Positions 49,668 through 59,722 of a stretch of 64,000 nucleotides of DNA are shown one piece after another. Made by a program: the position numbers and the translations under genes. Every line of letters starts with the position of its first letter. Position 1 is the first letter of the stretch. Source of the stretch: Dehalococcoidia bacterium (GTDB lineage: Bacteria > Chloroflexota > Dehalococcoidia > Plut-88900); NCBI GenBank assembly GCA_965197585.1, contig OZ240215.1, positions 960,001-1,024,000 on the forward strand. Reading direction: 5' to 3'. The notes under the pieces are model-generated. The model was not told where the DNA came from. It saw nothing but the letters and a program-made list of their open reading frames with translations, and made no database searches.

Positions 49668-50900
49668 CTATTGCAGAAACCGCCAGTCGTAGGCGGCGGT
49701 GGAGATGATTTCCGGTCCGTCGGCAGTGATGATCATCTGCTCCCCGAGCTTGGCCGCCTCCCGTGCCCCGACCTCGCCCACGTAGCATTCCAGGGTCACT
49801 ACCATGTTCTCTTCCAGTGCCCCCGGCTCGTGACCGAAGCCGTGGGGCCGCCAGTCGGGGTAGGCGATGGCGGGCCATTCGTCGGACATGCCTGCGCCGT
49901 GGGACATGACCGGGTAGCGTTGTGCCTTGTACTTTTCCGGGAACTGGTAGGACTTTTCGGATATCTCCTGGTAGGTCATGCCGGGCCGGAACAGGTCCAT
50001 CGACTGTTGGATGAACTCGTATCCTGTCTTGTATACGTCCATCTGCTCGGGAGTGGGGTTGCCATCGCCGCAGAGGTAGGTCCGGGACACGCAGAGGAAG
50101 TAGCCCATCGGCCCGGCCATGTCGATGTCAAAGCCGACAAGTTCCCCCGGCCTGACGAGCCTGCCCGAGGAGTCTTTGAACCACGGGTTCATGTTTCCGC
50201 CTGCGGCAAGAAGCTTGCCGTCGGTGTGCTCACCGCCATACTTGAGGTTCGTGCCTGCGAGTATCGACCAGAGCTCATCCTCCGTGACGCCGGGCTTAAT
50301 AGCCCGGCGGGTGTTGTCGATGGCTACGTCGGCGATGGCTGCGGCCTGGCGCATCAGGGTGAGCTCGTCGGGGGTCTTGATGGAGCGGGCTCTCTCGATT
50401 GCTTCCCAGCCGTCCGCGAGGCGGATGCCGTGACGTTTGGCGGCCTCGAAACCCGTGGTGTCCAGTTTGTCCAGCCCGATTCGCTCGGAGGCGATGCCAA
50501 GCTCTTCCAGGACGCTCTTCACGCCCGCGGCCCAGAGCTCGACGGCCTCGTCCATGTAGACGCCGCAGGGGAAGAAGTCCCAGACCTGTCCGGGCCTGAC
50601 GCGCAGCTCGTCGGTGTCCTGGGCGCTGGACATGTCGCCGAAAAGGACGGGCGCGCCCTCGCGGGGGATGAGGGCATAGCGCTGGAAGCGGCGCAGGTTG
50701 TAAGCGCCGGAGGATCGGGAGCCGGTGGCGTAGCGCACGTTGACGGGGTCGAACATGAGAATGCCGCCGAGGTCCAGTCGGGCCATTTCGCCCTGGAGCC
50801 GGGCGAGGCGGTCTCTTTTGAGCCTTGCAATGTCGACCCGCTCCTCGAAATCGACCATCTGCTGCCCTACGAGGTCCTTTTGATGCGCTGCCTTAGGCAT
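49668..50900 (-). CDS. M24 family protein, DddP (DMSP lyase)-like
   Basis: 'DPVNVRYATG', 'NPWF', 'FDID', 'HGAGMSDEWP' DddP-type motifs; GGAGG RBS before ATG 50900. Confidence 0.8.
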   Translation of the reverse strand: MPKAAHQKDLVGQQMVDFEERVDIARLKRDRLARLQGEMARLDLGGILMFDPVNVRYATGSRSSGAYNLRRFQRYALIPREGAPVLFGDMSSAQDTDELRVRPGQVWDFFPCGVYMDEAVELWAAGVKSVLEELGIASERIGLDKLDTTGFEAAKRHGIRLADGWEAIERARSIKTPDELTLMRQAAAIADVAIDNTRRAIKPGVTEDELWSILAGTNLKYGGEHTDGKLLAAGGNMNPWFKDSSGRLVRPGELVGFDIDMAGPMGYFLCVSRTYLCGDGNPTPEQMDVYKTGYEFIQQSMDLFRPGMTYQEISEKSYQFPEKYKAQRYPVMSHGAGMSDEWPAIAYPDWRPHGFGHEPGALEENMVVTLECYVGEVGAREAAKLGEQMIITADGPEIISTAAYDWRFLQ

Positions 50901-50922
50901 GGTGTACCTCCTTGGCTCGGGG

Positions 50923-52089
50923 CTAGGTGTTATATGCGCCTGCTTGCCATGACCAGGTCTTTCTCCAGTTCCTGGGCACGTGGCGTAATCGATCGAAGCG
51001 GAAGGCTGATATATCCACGGCGCACTCTCCGTCGACAATCAGCTCCTTGACGGCGAGGCCCGTGGCGGGAGAAAGGCCGAACCCGTTGCCCGACGCCGAT
51101 ACGATGACGAAACCCTCTGGGTCACTGAGCTTGTCGATGATGGGGATGCTGTCCGGGGTCTGCTCTACGACTCCCGCCCAGGAGCGGAGGACTCGGGTGT
51201 CCTCCAGAGCTGGGAAGAGCTCGGCGAGACGGCGGGAGATGTTGCGGACCAGGGGCGTGTTGGGCTTGGGGGGCGACTCCTGGAGGGCCACGTCTATCCA
51301 TTCGTGGGGGCCGCCGCCGAATACCAGGTTGCCCCGGAGCGTCTGCCGTCCGTAGAGGCCGTTACCGGCTATATATGTGCTGAATCTCGGCTCTAACGGC
51401 ACGGTGGCGATGATCTCCACGCGGCCGGGAGCGACAGGAATGTGAACCCCGACCATGTCGCCAATGAGCCCCGACTGAGGCCCTGCAGCGCTTACCACCA
51501 CGTCGGCGGATACGGTACCCCGGGTGGTCTGGACGCCCTGCACACGGCCCCCCGACACGTCGATGCCCGTGACTGCGGTGTCCTGGTATATGCGACCGCC
51601 CCGGTCCTGGCAGGCCCAGGCGTAGGCTTGCACAGCGCGCTGGGGGTTGGCGTGTCCGGCGTTGGGAAAATACATGCCGCCCAAGGCCTTGTCTGTAAGC
51701 TCAGGAACTAAGGACCGCATTTCTTCGGGGTCCAGGGCCCGGGCCTCGACCCCGTATTTGGGGGCGTTGATGGACATGGCCCTGACGAGGTCCATCTCCT
51801 CCTCCCACATGGCGACCTGAAGACGCCCCTCGTGGATGAACTCGGTGGGGTAGCCAAGCTCCTCGTGGAGGGTGATCCAGGTCTCTCGGGCGCGGGTGGC
51901 CATGGGGATGGCAAAGGGCTCATCGGCGCGGGGACTCATGCTCCCGCCGTTGCGCGCCGAGGCCTCCTCGCCTATCAGACCCTTCTCAAGCACGACGATG
52001 TTAACGCCCGCATTTGCAAGGAAGTAGGCGGAGCTGAGCCCGGAAACCCCGCCCCCGATAATCGCAACCTCGGCGCTGTCCAGCTTCAA
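50923..52089 (-). CDS. FAD-dependent oxidoreductase (sarcosine oxidase beta/opine oxidase B-like)
   Basis: 'IGGGVSG', 'ASARNGG', 'RSWAG', 'GFGLSP'. Confidence 0.88.
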   Translation of the reverse strand: MKLDSAEVAIIGGGVSGLSSAYFLANAGVNIVVLEKGLIGEEASARNGGSMSPRADEPFAIPMATRARETWITLHEELGYPTEFIHEGRLQVAMWEEEMDLVRAMSINAPKYGVEARALDPEEMRSLVPELTDKALGGMYFPNAGHANPQRAVQAYAWACQDRGGRIYQDTAVTGIDVSGGRVQGVQTTRGTVSADVVVSAAGPQSGLIGDMVGVHIPVAPGRVEIIATVPLEPRFSTYIAGNGLYGRQTLRGNLVFGGGPHEWIDVALQESPPKPNTPLVRNISRRLAELFPALEDTRVLRSWAGVVEQTPDSIPIIDKLSDPEGFVIVSASGNGFGLSPATGLAVKELIVDGECAVDISAFRFDRLRHVPRNWRKTWSWQAGAYNT

Positions 52090-53586
52090 CTAGCCGCCAC
52101 CATTCGGGGATTCAAGCTTGATAGTGGGCCGTTTGAACCACTTAGGCCAGTCGTCACGGGTCTCTTCGGTTTCGTCGGTGGCCCACATAGACCGGAGGGG
52201 TAGGGGACGGGCGGGGGTGCGGTAAGTTGCTATCGGCACATCTGAGGCGTCGACGCCCGCGGCCTGGGCAGAAATGAGAGCGACCTCCTCGCGGCAGCAT
52301 CGGCCTTGGCAGTAGCCCATACCGGCCCTCGTAAGGCGCTTCAACCTGTCGAGGTTTACGGGGGCTTCTTCGAATAATGTGGCCAAACCTCTGTTCCCCA
52401 TGCGCCTCAAAGGCCAGCCGAGATATCGTGGCGGTGACACAGCCAGGAGGTCGGCCCTGCTCACCTCCTCGCAGAGGCAGACGGTTACGTCTTCGGTGCC
52501 TCTGCTGGAAAGGGAGGAACGCCAGGACTGCCAATATTGGACGACGGGTATAGATCCGGTTTGAGCCTCGGGCGTGAGTGTCTCGGCGTACGCGTCAATT
52601 ATTCCCGCTGCCGACATCCCGGCCCGTACACCTTGCCTTTCGGCGAGACTAGTGCCTGAGCTATTTACCTCAGCGATGCCGCAAACGTCCCCCGCCCCGA
52701 AGACACCCTCAATGCTGGTCTGCATGTTGGAGTCGAAGACCGGGATGTATCCACCGAGGTGGGAGTCGAATCGTAGGTCGCAGCCGGTAAGATAGGGGAG
52801 ATCAACGGAGGGGACGAGGCCAATGGCGAGGCAAACCGTGTCACAGAGGATTTCGTGGGTTCCGGATGGTGAAGATAAGACCAGGGCCTCGACCTCTCTT
52901 TGGCCGCGGGCCTCGACTACGGAGTGGGAAGTATAGAAGGGGACGCCGCGTGCCTTAAGGTCGTCGGCGAGGGCACCTGGAGAGCGGAGCTCGGGGCCCG
53001 GTTCTACGATGGCTGCCACCTCAATGCCGTGGTCAAGGGCGAGGGCAGCGCTCGCGAGGGCGAGGTCTCCAGACCCGAGAATCGCCACCCTGGTTCCGCT
53101 GAAAGCCTGGTACTTCTTAATAAGGGCGCACATGCCTTGCGCACCAACTACACCTACGAGATCGCGGCCGGGAAAGCTCAGCGACAGGTCTCGGGCGCCG
53201 GTTGCGAGGACCAGCCGGTCGTATTCGAGCATCCACGTTTCGCGGTCGTTGCCAAGGCCCAGGACGGGCTGCATTACGTGACGGCTGTTCTGCCGGTCTC
53301 TGAAGCTGCCCCAGACGTAGACGCCGGGCTGGACGTCGACTCCCGCCTCCTGGGCGCGGGCGATACCGGGGTTGGCAGCGACGGCACGCTGCAGCATGAG
53401 GCCCGGGTCCCGGACGGTGGGGGTCATACGCTGGCCGAAGAGGTAAGGAATGTCGAGCCCCATCATCGAGGAGTCGATAGGGTGCTCGTCAATGAGGCTC
53501 ACCTTGGCCCCGGCCTCCGAGGCTGCAAGGGCCGCAGCAATGCCCGCGAGCCCCGCACCAACCACGACCACGTGGGGATCAGACAT
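52090..53586 (-). CDS. FAD/NAD(P)-binding oxidoreductase with a BFD-like [2Fe-2S] site (OoxA/HcnB-like)
   Basis: 'VGAGLAG', 'ATGA', 'VCLCEEV', 'RAGMGYCQGRCC'. Confidence 0.87.
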   Translation of the reverse strand: MSDPHVVVVGAGLAGIAAALAASEAGAKVSLIDEHPIDSSMMGLDIPYLFGQRMTPTVRDPGLMLQRAVAANPGIARAQEAGVDVQPGVYVWGSFRDRQNSRHVMQPVLGLGNDRETWMLEYDRLVLATGARDLSLSFPGRDLVGVVGAQGMCALIKKYQAFSGTRVAILGSGDLALASAALALDHGIEVAAIVEPGPELRSPGALADDLKARGVPFYTSHSVVEARGQREVEALVLSSPSGTHEILCDTVCLAIGLVPSVDLPYLTGCDLRFDSHLGGYIPVFDSNMQTSIEGVFGAGDVCGIAEVNSSGTSLAERQGVRAGMSAAGIIDAYAETLTPEAQTGSIPVVQYWQSWRSSLSSRGTEDVTVCLCEEVSRADLLAVSPPRYLGWPLRRMGNRGLATLFEEAPVNLDRLKRLTRAGMGYCQGRCCREEVALISAQAAGVDASDVPIATYRTPARPLPLRSMWATDETEETRDDWPKWFKRPTIKLESPNGGG

Positions 53587-53665
53587 ATCGCATCCTGCCA
53601 GACCTGATATAGGAAACGCCGGGTAATGGTAGGACGGGGGTGGGGTGGGGTCAAGGGGGAGGGAA

Positions 53666-56128
53666 TTAGGTTAGCACACCGGCAGCAGCGACTTCGGCTA
53701 TCTCTTCGTCGGTCATTTCCAGGATGTTCTTGAGGACGTGTTCGTTGTGCTGCCCTAGCTGCGGTGAAGGTTTTTTGTAGAAGGCAGGAGTGTCGGAGGC
53801 GATGAACTCCGTACCGTCGAAGGGGTAGAGGCCCATTTCCGGGTGGTCCATGTAGATGTAGTGGCCTCTGTGTGCGAGCTGTTTGTCGGAGAAGAGGTTC
53901 TCGCAGCTGTTGACTGCACCCGCCGGTACGCCGGCCTGCTGAAGAGTCTCCATCAGGGTTACGGGGTCGAAACTGCGGCTCCAGCCGGAGATGTGCCGGT
54001 CAAGCTCGTCTTCACGTGCCTTACGGCCTGCAAGGGTGTCGAACCTCGAGTCCACTGCCCACGTCGGACTACCCATCACCGAGACCAACACCTTCCACTG
54101 CTCATCTGTCTCCACAGCTATGGCGCACCAGGTGTCGGGTTCGCTGCAAGGGTAGACGGCGTGGGGGGCGGCGGTGGGGGAACGGTTCCCATCCCGTTGC
54201 TGCTCGCGCCCGTTTGCCGAGTAGTCGAGAAGGGCCGGGGCCAGGATCTGGAGTGCGCCCTCAAGCTGCGAGAGATCCAGGTACTGCCCGTGCCCCGTGC
54301 GCTCCCGGTAGTCCAGGGCTGCAATGAGAGCGGAAGCGCCGAACCTGGCAAGAAAGAAGTCGGTGTAAGCGCCGTAGGGTGGCACGGGAGTGCGGTCGGG
54401 CCAGCCGCAGTGGTGAACGAACCCGGCAAGGGAGCCGAGCATTGGGCCGAAGCCTGCTTGGCTATCGTAAGGCCCCCCTCTCCCGAGCATGGAGGCGCTG
54501 TACATGACGATGCCGGGGTTTATCTTCTTGAGGTCTTGGTAGCCAAGCCCATAGCGTTCCAGAGTGCCGGGGGAGAAGTTCTCGGTGACGACGTCGGCCC
54601 AGCGGACTAGTCGATGAATAACACTTTTGGCTTCCGGATTCGAGAAATCTACGCTTATTCCGAATTTGTTGGAGTTGTAGTTGGCGAAGTAGCCGCTCCT
54701 GTTTATTCCCCACTCCCCATCTGCGAAGGGAGATGCCGTTCGAAGCACTTCGACTCGGCGGAGCGATTCCACTCTAACCACCGTTGCGCCATGGTCGGCG
54801 AGATAGCGGGTTGTGAGAGGCCCGACGGCAACCCAGCAGAAATCCAGCACTTTCAGCCCTTCGAAGGGGCGGGTCTTGGTTGTTTGCTGGAAGCGCCGTT
54901 CCCCTCTTGGGTGGGTGTCATTACCAAGGATTTCTTTATTATGCTCACCGAGATAGGGGGCGCGGCCTCTCGGGCCCAGGGAGGAGGCGGAGGACTTTAT
55001 GAAGGAGCCGGGGTAGCGGAAGGAGCGCCCTTCTTTCGCGTGATCTATATCGGTGAAGAAATTGCGGGCGGCGAGCTGAGGGTCGGAAAAAGCGTCGTCA
55101 GCGTTGCCCACGGGGAACATGAGGATGCCGCGATCAGATGCGCCCTGGTAGAGTTCCCGCTTCGTGTGAGTTAAAAAGAATGCAGCCATTGCGCCCTCGA
55201 CGCTCTCGAGTACCTCTTCGGACAGCTTTCCCGCGTCGACTTCCCGCCAGTCTGCCGGGGCTTCGGGGATGGGCCTAAATCCCTCGCTAGCCATCCACCG
55301 GAAGAGAGAATTCGTGCGCTCTCCGAGTACGCCGCCCATTACGAAATAGGATACGAAGCCGTCCTTGGCGGGCCAGGTGGTCCGCAGCTGTCGCTCACCC
55401 CCCATGCCCCGGTAACTGCCTCGACGGACCACATTAATGTGGTTGAGGCCCCAGGTTGCGGGAGCCTCCGAGAGGACGCGGGCCACGGCTTGCTGACCTG
55501 AAACGTCGACGTGCTGCCCCTTGCCGGTGGCGAGCCTGTGGTAGTGAGCGACCATTGCACCGATCGCTCCTGATGCCCCAGTCAATGGGCCAAACTGGGG
55601 CTGGGTCACCCGCAGAGGCGGCCTGTCGGGGTCTCCGGTGAGGAAGGTGAGGCCGCCGAGGGCCATGCCGACAAGGTCGGGGCCCAAGAACCGGGAATAG
55701 GGACCCGTCTGGCCGAAAGGAGTCATGGAGACCATGACGAGGGACGGATTTATTTGCCGCAGGTCTTGATATCCGAGGCCGAGGCTGTCCATATAGCCCG
55801 GGGCAAAGCCTTCGAGCAGGAAGTCGGCGTCTGAGGTGAGGTCTTTCAGCTTTGCCGCGCCCAACTCGGACGTGATGTCCAATGTGACGCTGCGCTTTCC
55901 GGCGGCGAAGGCCCACCAGACCAGACTGCGCTCGGGGTGCGGGTCGTCTTTGTAGAAGGGGCCGAGCCTGCGAACGGTATTGCCGTCCGGGGGCTCGATG
56001 GCGATGACCTCGGCACCGAGATCGGAGAGTATTTTGCCGGCAAGGATGCCATTTTCGCCGGCTAGATCGAGGACTCGGTAGGGGGATAAAAGGCCGGAGC
56101 CTTGGTTTTCGGGCGGGGGTGTGGGCAC
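53666..56128 (-). CDS. Fused double-domain family III CoA-transferase
   Basis: Two CaiB/BaiF repeats ('RVLDL...APYLGEHN' and 'KVLDF...SPQLGQHN'). Confidence 0.9.
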   Translation of the reverse strand: MPTPPPENQGSGLLSPYRVLDLAGENGILAGKILSDLGAEVIAIEPPDGNTVRRLGPFYKDDPHPERSLVWWAFAAGKRSVTLDITSELGAAKLKDLTSDADFLLEGFAPGYMDSLGLGYQDLRQINPSLVMVSMTPFGQTGPYSRFLGPDLVGMALGGLTFLTGDPDRPPLRVTQPQFGPLTGASGAIGAMVAHYHRLATGKGQHVDVSGQQAVARVLSEAPATWGLNHINVVRRGSYRGMGGERQLRTTWPAKDGFVSYFVMGGVLGERTNSLFRWMASEGFRPIPEAPADWREVDAGKLSEEVLESVEGAMAAFFLTHTKRELYQGASDRGILMFPVGNADDAFSDPQLAARNFFTDIDHAKEGRSFRYPGSFIKSSASSLGPRGRAPYLGEHNKEILGNDTHPRGERRFQQTTKTRPFEGLKVLDFCWVAVGPLTTRYLADHGATVVRVESLRRVEVLRTASPFADGEWGINRSGYFANYNSNKFGISVDFSNPEAKSVIHRLVRWADVVTENFSPGTLERYGLGYQDLKKINPGIVMYSASMLGRGGPYDSQAGFGPMLGSLAGFVHHCGWPDRTPVPPYGAYTDFFLARFGASALIAALDYRERTGHGQYLDLSQLEGALQILAPALLDYSANGREQQRDGNRSPTAAPHAVYPCSEPDTWCAIAVETDEQWKVLVSVMGSPTWAVDSRFDTLAGRKAREDELDRHISGWSRSFDPVTLMETLQQAGVPAGAVNSCENLFSDKQLAHRGHYIYMDHPEMGLYPFDGTEFIASDTPAFYKKPSPQLGQHNEHVLKNILEMTDEEIAEVAAAGVLT

Positions 56129-56150
56129 GGTTTCCGCCGCCTCCTGCCGG

Positions 56151-57254
56151 TTAGAGGCCCAGGGCGTTGCCGAGCTTGCGCTTGTGGTCCTTAGGGTCGC
56201 CGAGGTAGCCGTAGAGGGTCCGGGACATCTGGGAGTGAAGCGTAAGTCCGTAGCCCTTGTCGATGCCTATGCCGGCCAAAACCTCGTGGGCGGCATCGCA
56301 GGCCTTTACATAAGCCTCAGATGTGACGGCTTTGGCCATGTGTATCGAGGTCTCGGCGTCCCGGCCCGTGTCCAGCTTCCATAGGGCCTCGTAGGTGGTC
56401 CAACGGGCGGCGTCCAGGTGGTTGACCAGGCGGACTATGTGGTCCTGCACCCTCTGAAATCTGCCTATGGGTCTGCCGAATTGCACCCGGGTGCGGCTGT
56501 GGTCTACTGCCATATCAAAGACGGTCTGCATTCCGCCAACCTGGTAGGCGCACAATATGGGAAGGGCCTTCAATACAGCCCGCTCGAGTGCAGACCAGCC
56601 TTCGCCCAGCAACGCCGACGCGGGGACTTCCACATTGTCGAAGGTGACCTCGTTCATGGAGGTCATGAAACCGTCCAACGCCCGAACGGCGACGCCCGTG
56701 GCCCGGGCATCTATGATTGCGAGAGATACATATCCGCCATTTCGAACGGTACAGAGAAGGTGTGTGGCAGACTGTGCGTCCTGCACAAATAGTTTGGTCC
56801 CGTAGAGGTTGTGCGAACCGTTATTCGAAGTGAGCGACATACCGACGGACTCGGGGGTCCAGCCGTAGTCGGGTTCGGTGACGGCGAGGCCAACGGCATA
56901 GTCCCCGGCAGCGATCTTGGGGAGAATCTCGCTCTTCTGCTCTTCCGTTCCTGCCTCGGCGATAGTTAGAGCGGCTAGGACGCCGGACGAGAAGAAGGGC
57001 CCGGTCACGGGCCCGCGGCCAAGCTCTTCGAAGACGACGGCGGCGTCGGTGAAAGAATTGCCTGAGCCGCCGTATTCGACGGGGATGAGCATGCCGAGCC
57101 AGCCCATGTCTCGGGCGCGGGCCCAGAGCTCGGGGGTGATTTCTCGGTGGGTGTCTTCAAGCTCGATGAGGGTCTCTTTGGGAAACTCCCGCTGTACGAA
57201 GTCCCGGGTAACCCTTCGGAGAAGTTCCTGCTCTTCGGTGAGGGATAGGTCCAT
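56151..57254 (-). CDS. Acyl-CoA dehydrogenase, short subunit of a heteromeric pair
   Basis: 'RVQFGRPIGRFQ', 'AGIG'; lacks the C-terminal catalytic segment. Confidence 0.87.
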   Translation of the reverse strand: MDLSLTEEQELLRRVTRDFVQREFPKETLIELEDTHREITPELWARARDMGWLGMLIPVEYGGSGNSFTDAAVVFEELGRGPVTGPFFSSGVLAALTIAEAGTEEQKSEILPKIAAGDYAVGLAVTEPDYGWTPESVGMSLTSNNGSHNLYGTKLFVQDAQSATHLLCTVRNGGYVSLAIIDARATGVAVRALDGFMTSMNEVTFDNVEVPASALLGEGWSALERAVLKALPILCAYQVGGMQTVFDMAVDHSRTRVQFGRPIGRFQRVQDHIVRLVNHLDAARWTTYEALWKLDTGRDAETSIHMAKAVTSEAYVKACDAAHEVLAGIGIDKGYGLTLHSQMSRTLYGYLGDPKDHKRKLGNALGL

Positions 57255-57284
57255 CTGGAATCCAGGCGCTAGGAGTCCAGCCCG

Positions 57285-58517
57285 TCAGGCCAGGGCCCCG
57301 GCCTTCTCCTTGACGGACCTGCCGATGCCGATTCGACGTGACATAATGACGCGTTGGATGTCGGCGGTTCCGGCGGGGTGCAGGTTGGCGATAGAGTTTC
57401 GCTGGTCGAGCTCTATGGCGGTCTTCAGAATGGCCCAGCGGTCATCCTTGACGAGGGCGTAAGGGCCAAGGATATCCAGGATAGTCTCAGCATTTTCCAG
57501 ACCGGCGATTTTATCGTAATAGGAAAGCTGGGAGCCTTCATAAGAGCGAGGTTGTTTGGCGTTGGCAAGCCAGAAGTTGCGCACCCCGAACAGGCGAACG
57601 ATCTCTGAGCGTATGTATATGTCAGCGATACGGAGGCGTATTTCGGGGTCGGCGTTAAGGGGTTTGCCGCCGCGTCGGGTCTCCTTGCAATACTCGATGA
57701 ACCGGTCGACGAGGGTATTGCGCTGGACTGCGCCTCCACCCCCGTGTTCCAGCTCAAGGTGAGTGGTTGCGACCTGCCAGCCGTTGTTCTCACCGCCGAC
57801 GAGGTTGAAGGCCGGGACCCGTACGTCCTCGAAGTGGATAGTATTTTTCCTGCCGGTGCCGGCCCCGCCTTCGTTTCCGGTGCCCAGCAGGTCCATGGGT
57901 AGAATCGAAACACCGGGAGCATCCATTGGGATGATGAACCAGGAGAGGTTTTCGTGGCGCGGGGCTTCGGGATTGGTCTCGCAGAGGACCCAGGCCTGCT
58001 CTGCCCCGTGGTCGCTGCCGACGAAAATCTTCCCGCCGTTGATGACATACTCGTCGCCGACTCTGGTGGCGTTGGTCTTGACACCAGCGAGGTCGGATCC
58101 GGCTTCGGGCTCGGTGAGGAGCTGCCAGGTGCGGACTTCACCCTTGAAGATGGGTGGAAGGAAGTGGGCCTTCTGCTCCTCGCTGCCCCAGACAAGTATG
58201 GATGCGCCTCCGAGCTGGCCGCCGCTGTCGTAATAGGGTGGAAGGGTTAGTCCGGCGCTCCCAAGCTCCTCTTCGATGATAATGGCGTGGTCGATGCTCA
58301 GGCCCCCGCCGCCGTACTGAGTCGGGGATGTGGGCCAGAGCCACCCCTTCTGCCCGAGAGCCCGGCCTATCCTGCGCCGCTTCTGGTACTGGTCGTAGGA
58401 GAGGTCATGGGAGTCGACGGGGAACTCCAGTTCGTCGAGCCCGGAACTCTCCAGAAGAGAGCGGACTTCTTTGCGGAAGGCTTCCTGCTCGGGGGTATAT
58501 TCAAGCTCGAAGTTCAT
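57285..58517 (-). CDS. Acyl-CoA dehydrogenase, long subunit (FadE/ChsE-type)
   Basis: 'LTEPEAGSDLA', 'GWQVATTHLELEH', 'GTADIQR'. Confidence 0.88.
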   Translation of the reverse strand: MNFELEYTPEQEAFRKEVRSLLESSGLDELEFPVDSHDLSYDQYQKRRRIGRALGQKGWLWPTSPTQYGGGGLSIDHAIIIEEELGSAGLTLPPYYDSGGQLGGASILVWGSEEQKAHFLPPIFKGEVRTWQLLTEPEAGSDLAGVKTNATRVGDEYVINGGKIFVGSDHGAEQAWVLCETNPEAPRHENLSWFIIPMDAPGVSILPMDLLGTGNEGGAGTGRKNTIHFEDVRVPAFNLVGGENNGWQVATTHLELEHGGGGAVQRNTLVDRFIEYCKETRRGGKPLNADPEIRLRIADIYIRSEIVRLFGVRNFWLANAKQPRSYEGSQLSYYDKIAGLENAETILDILGPYALVKDDRWAILKTAIELDQRNSIANLHPAGTADIQRVIMSRRIGIGRSVKEKAGALA

Positions 58518-58609
58518 GGCTGGACTAGCCGGTATTATTGGGGGTGGGGGGTGGGGGTGTCAATTAGGGGAGTATAATTGCATGTCCATTCATCAGGATA
58601 GAAGGTGTA

Positions 58610-59380
58610 ATGATTAAGGCATTTTGGCTCTTGGGTATTTTAGCTCTGCTGTTGGGGATTGTATTAACCGGTTGCGAATCGGATGCGCAGCGCATACGGG
58701 CTACGAACGAGGCTCTTGACCCTCCCGTCGCCACAAATACTCCCGTACCAAGACCTACGGCCACAAGTACACCGTTAGTAGCCGAGATACATTCATTAGA
58801 CCTTCAAGATGGAGACTGCATAAATTCCACACTTCCCGAGGGCATCGATGTAGAGTCAGTGGATATTGTTACCTGTGATGAGCCTTGGCAGTACCGAGTC
58901 CTCAATACCATTGAGGTTGCGCGGTCAGGTAGTTACCCAGGAGAAGAGGTCTTCACTCGAGAGGCTCTTGCCAATTGTGACAAACGATCCATCTGGTGGC
59001 TATACCCAACCAGGGAGTCTTGGAACCAAGGTGATAGAGTGGTCAGTTGTCTTCAAGAAAGCTTTGGGTTGTCCACCAGTGATCCAGCTAAGCTAGACCG
59101 GATGGTTGGGTATCAGGCATTGCGCGCTGGGGAGTGCTATAACGATGTTCCTGAATCAGACTATTTCTTAGCCGAGGTAGTAAGCTGTTCGGGTGAGTGG
59201 GAGTACCGCGTTACCAACCGGTTTGAAATTACACGCTCTGGCTCTTTCCCAGGTGAAGACTTCATTGATCAAGAAGCCTATGAGCGCTGTGAAGAGCCGT
59301 ATGACTTTTATCTGTTCCCCAGTTCCGAAACCTGGACATACGGGGATCGGGTGGTGCTGTGTATCGAAGAGGGATCCTAG
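58610..59380 (+). CDS. Lipoprotein with repeated Cys-containing (septum-formation-like) domains
   Basis: Lipobox 'LTGC', P/T linker, two repeats ending 'PxxExWxxGDRVVxC'; lower GC. Confidence 0.75.
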   Translation: MIKAFWLLGILALLLGIVLTGCESDAQRIRATNEALDPPVATNTPVPRPTATSTPLVAEIHSLDLQDGDCINSTLPEGIDVESVDIVTCDEPWQYRVLNTIEVARSGSYPGEEVFTREALANCDKRSIWWLYPTRESWNQGDRVVSCLQESFGLSTSDPAKLDRMVGYQALRAGECYNDVPESDYFLAEVVSCSGEWEYRVTNRFEITRSGSFPGEDFIDQEAYERCEEPYDFYLFPSSETWTYGDRVVLCIEEGS

Positions 59381-59401
59381 TGTCTGAATCTCAGGGATAA
59401 T

Positions 59402-59722
59402 ATGATATGGGTTAGCACTGACTTAGTCCAAAGAGAGAAAGGAAATGGACTTAAATTGGGAGGCTTGGATGAGGAAGTAGTATCAAAGCTCAAACGCAGG
59501 GCCGCCCAGAACAACAGATCTCTAGAAATCGAGGCCCGCCACATACTCGAAATGGCGGCAGAGTCTGAAGAAAAGGTTGTTGAGGCCGACATGAAGGAGA
59601 GAATGAGGGCATTCCGAGCCAGGGCCAGAGAACTGCGTAAGCTGACCCGCGGCACGAGTCAGGTACCTTCAGAGGTAATTATCAGGGAGGCCCGGGACTT
59701 TGGATACGGGCCCGCATCGTGA
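59402..59722 (+). CDS. FitA-like ribbon-helix-helix antitoxin (start uncertain)
   Basis: 'GLDEEVVSKLKRRAAQNNRSLEIEARHIL' and C-terminal 'SEVIIREAR'. Confidence 0.72.
   Translation: MIWVSTDLVQREKGNGLKLGGLDEEVVSKLKRRAAQNNRSLEIEARHILEMAAESEEKVVEADMKERMRAFRARARELRKLTRGTSQVPSEVIIREARDFGYGPAS

Noticed and set aside
49671-51050. 459-aa plus-strand ORF and similar long opposite-strand ORFs across the window
   Set aside because: Antisense shadows of well-supported GC-rich genes
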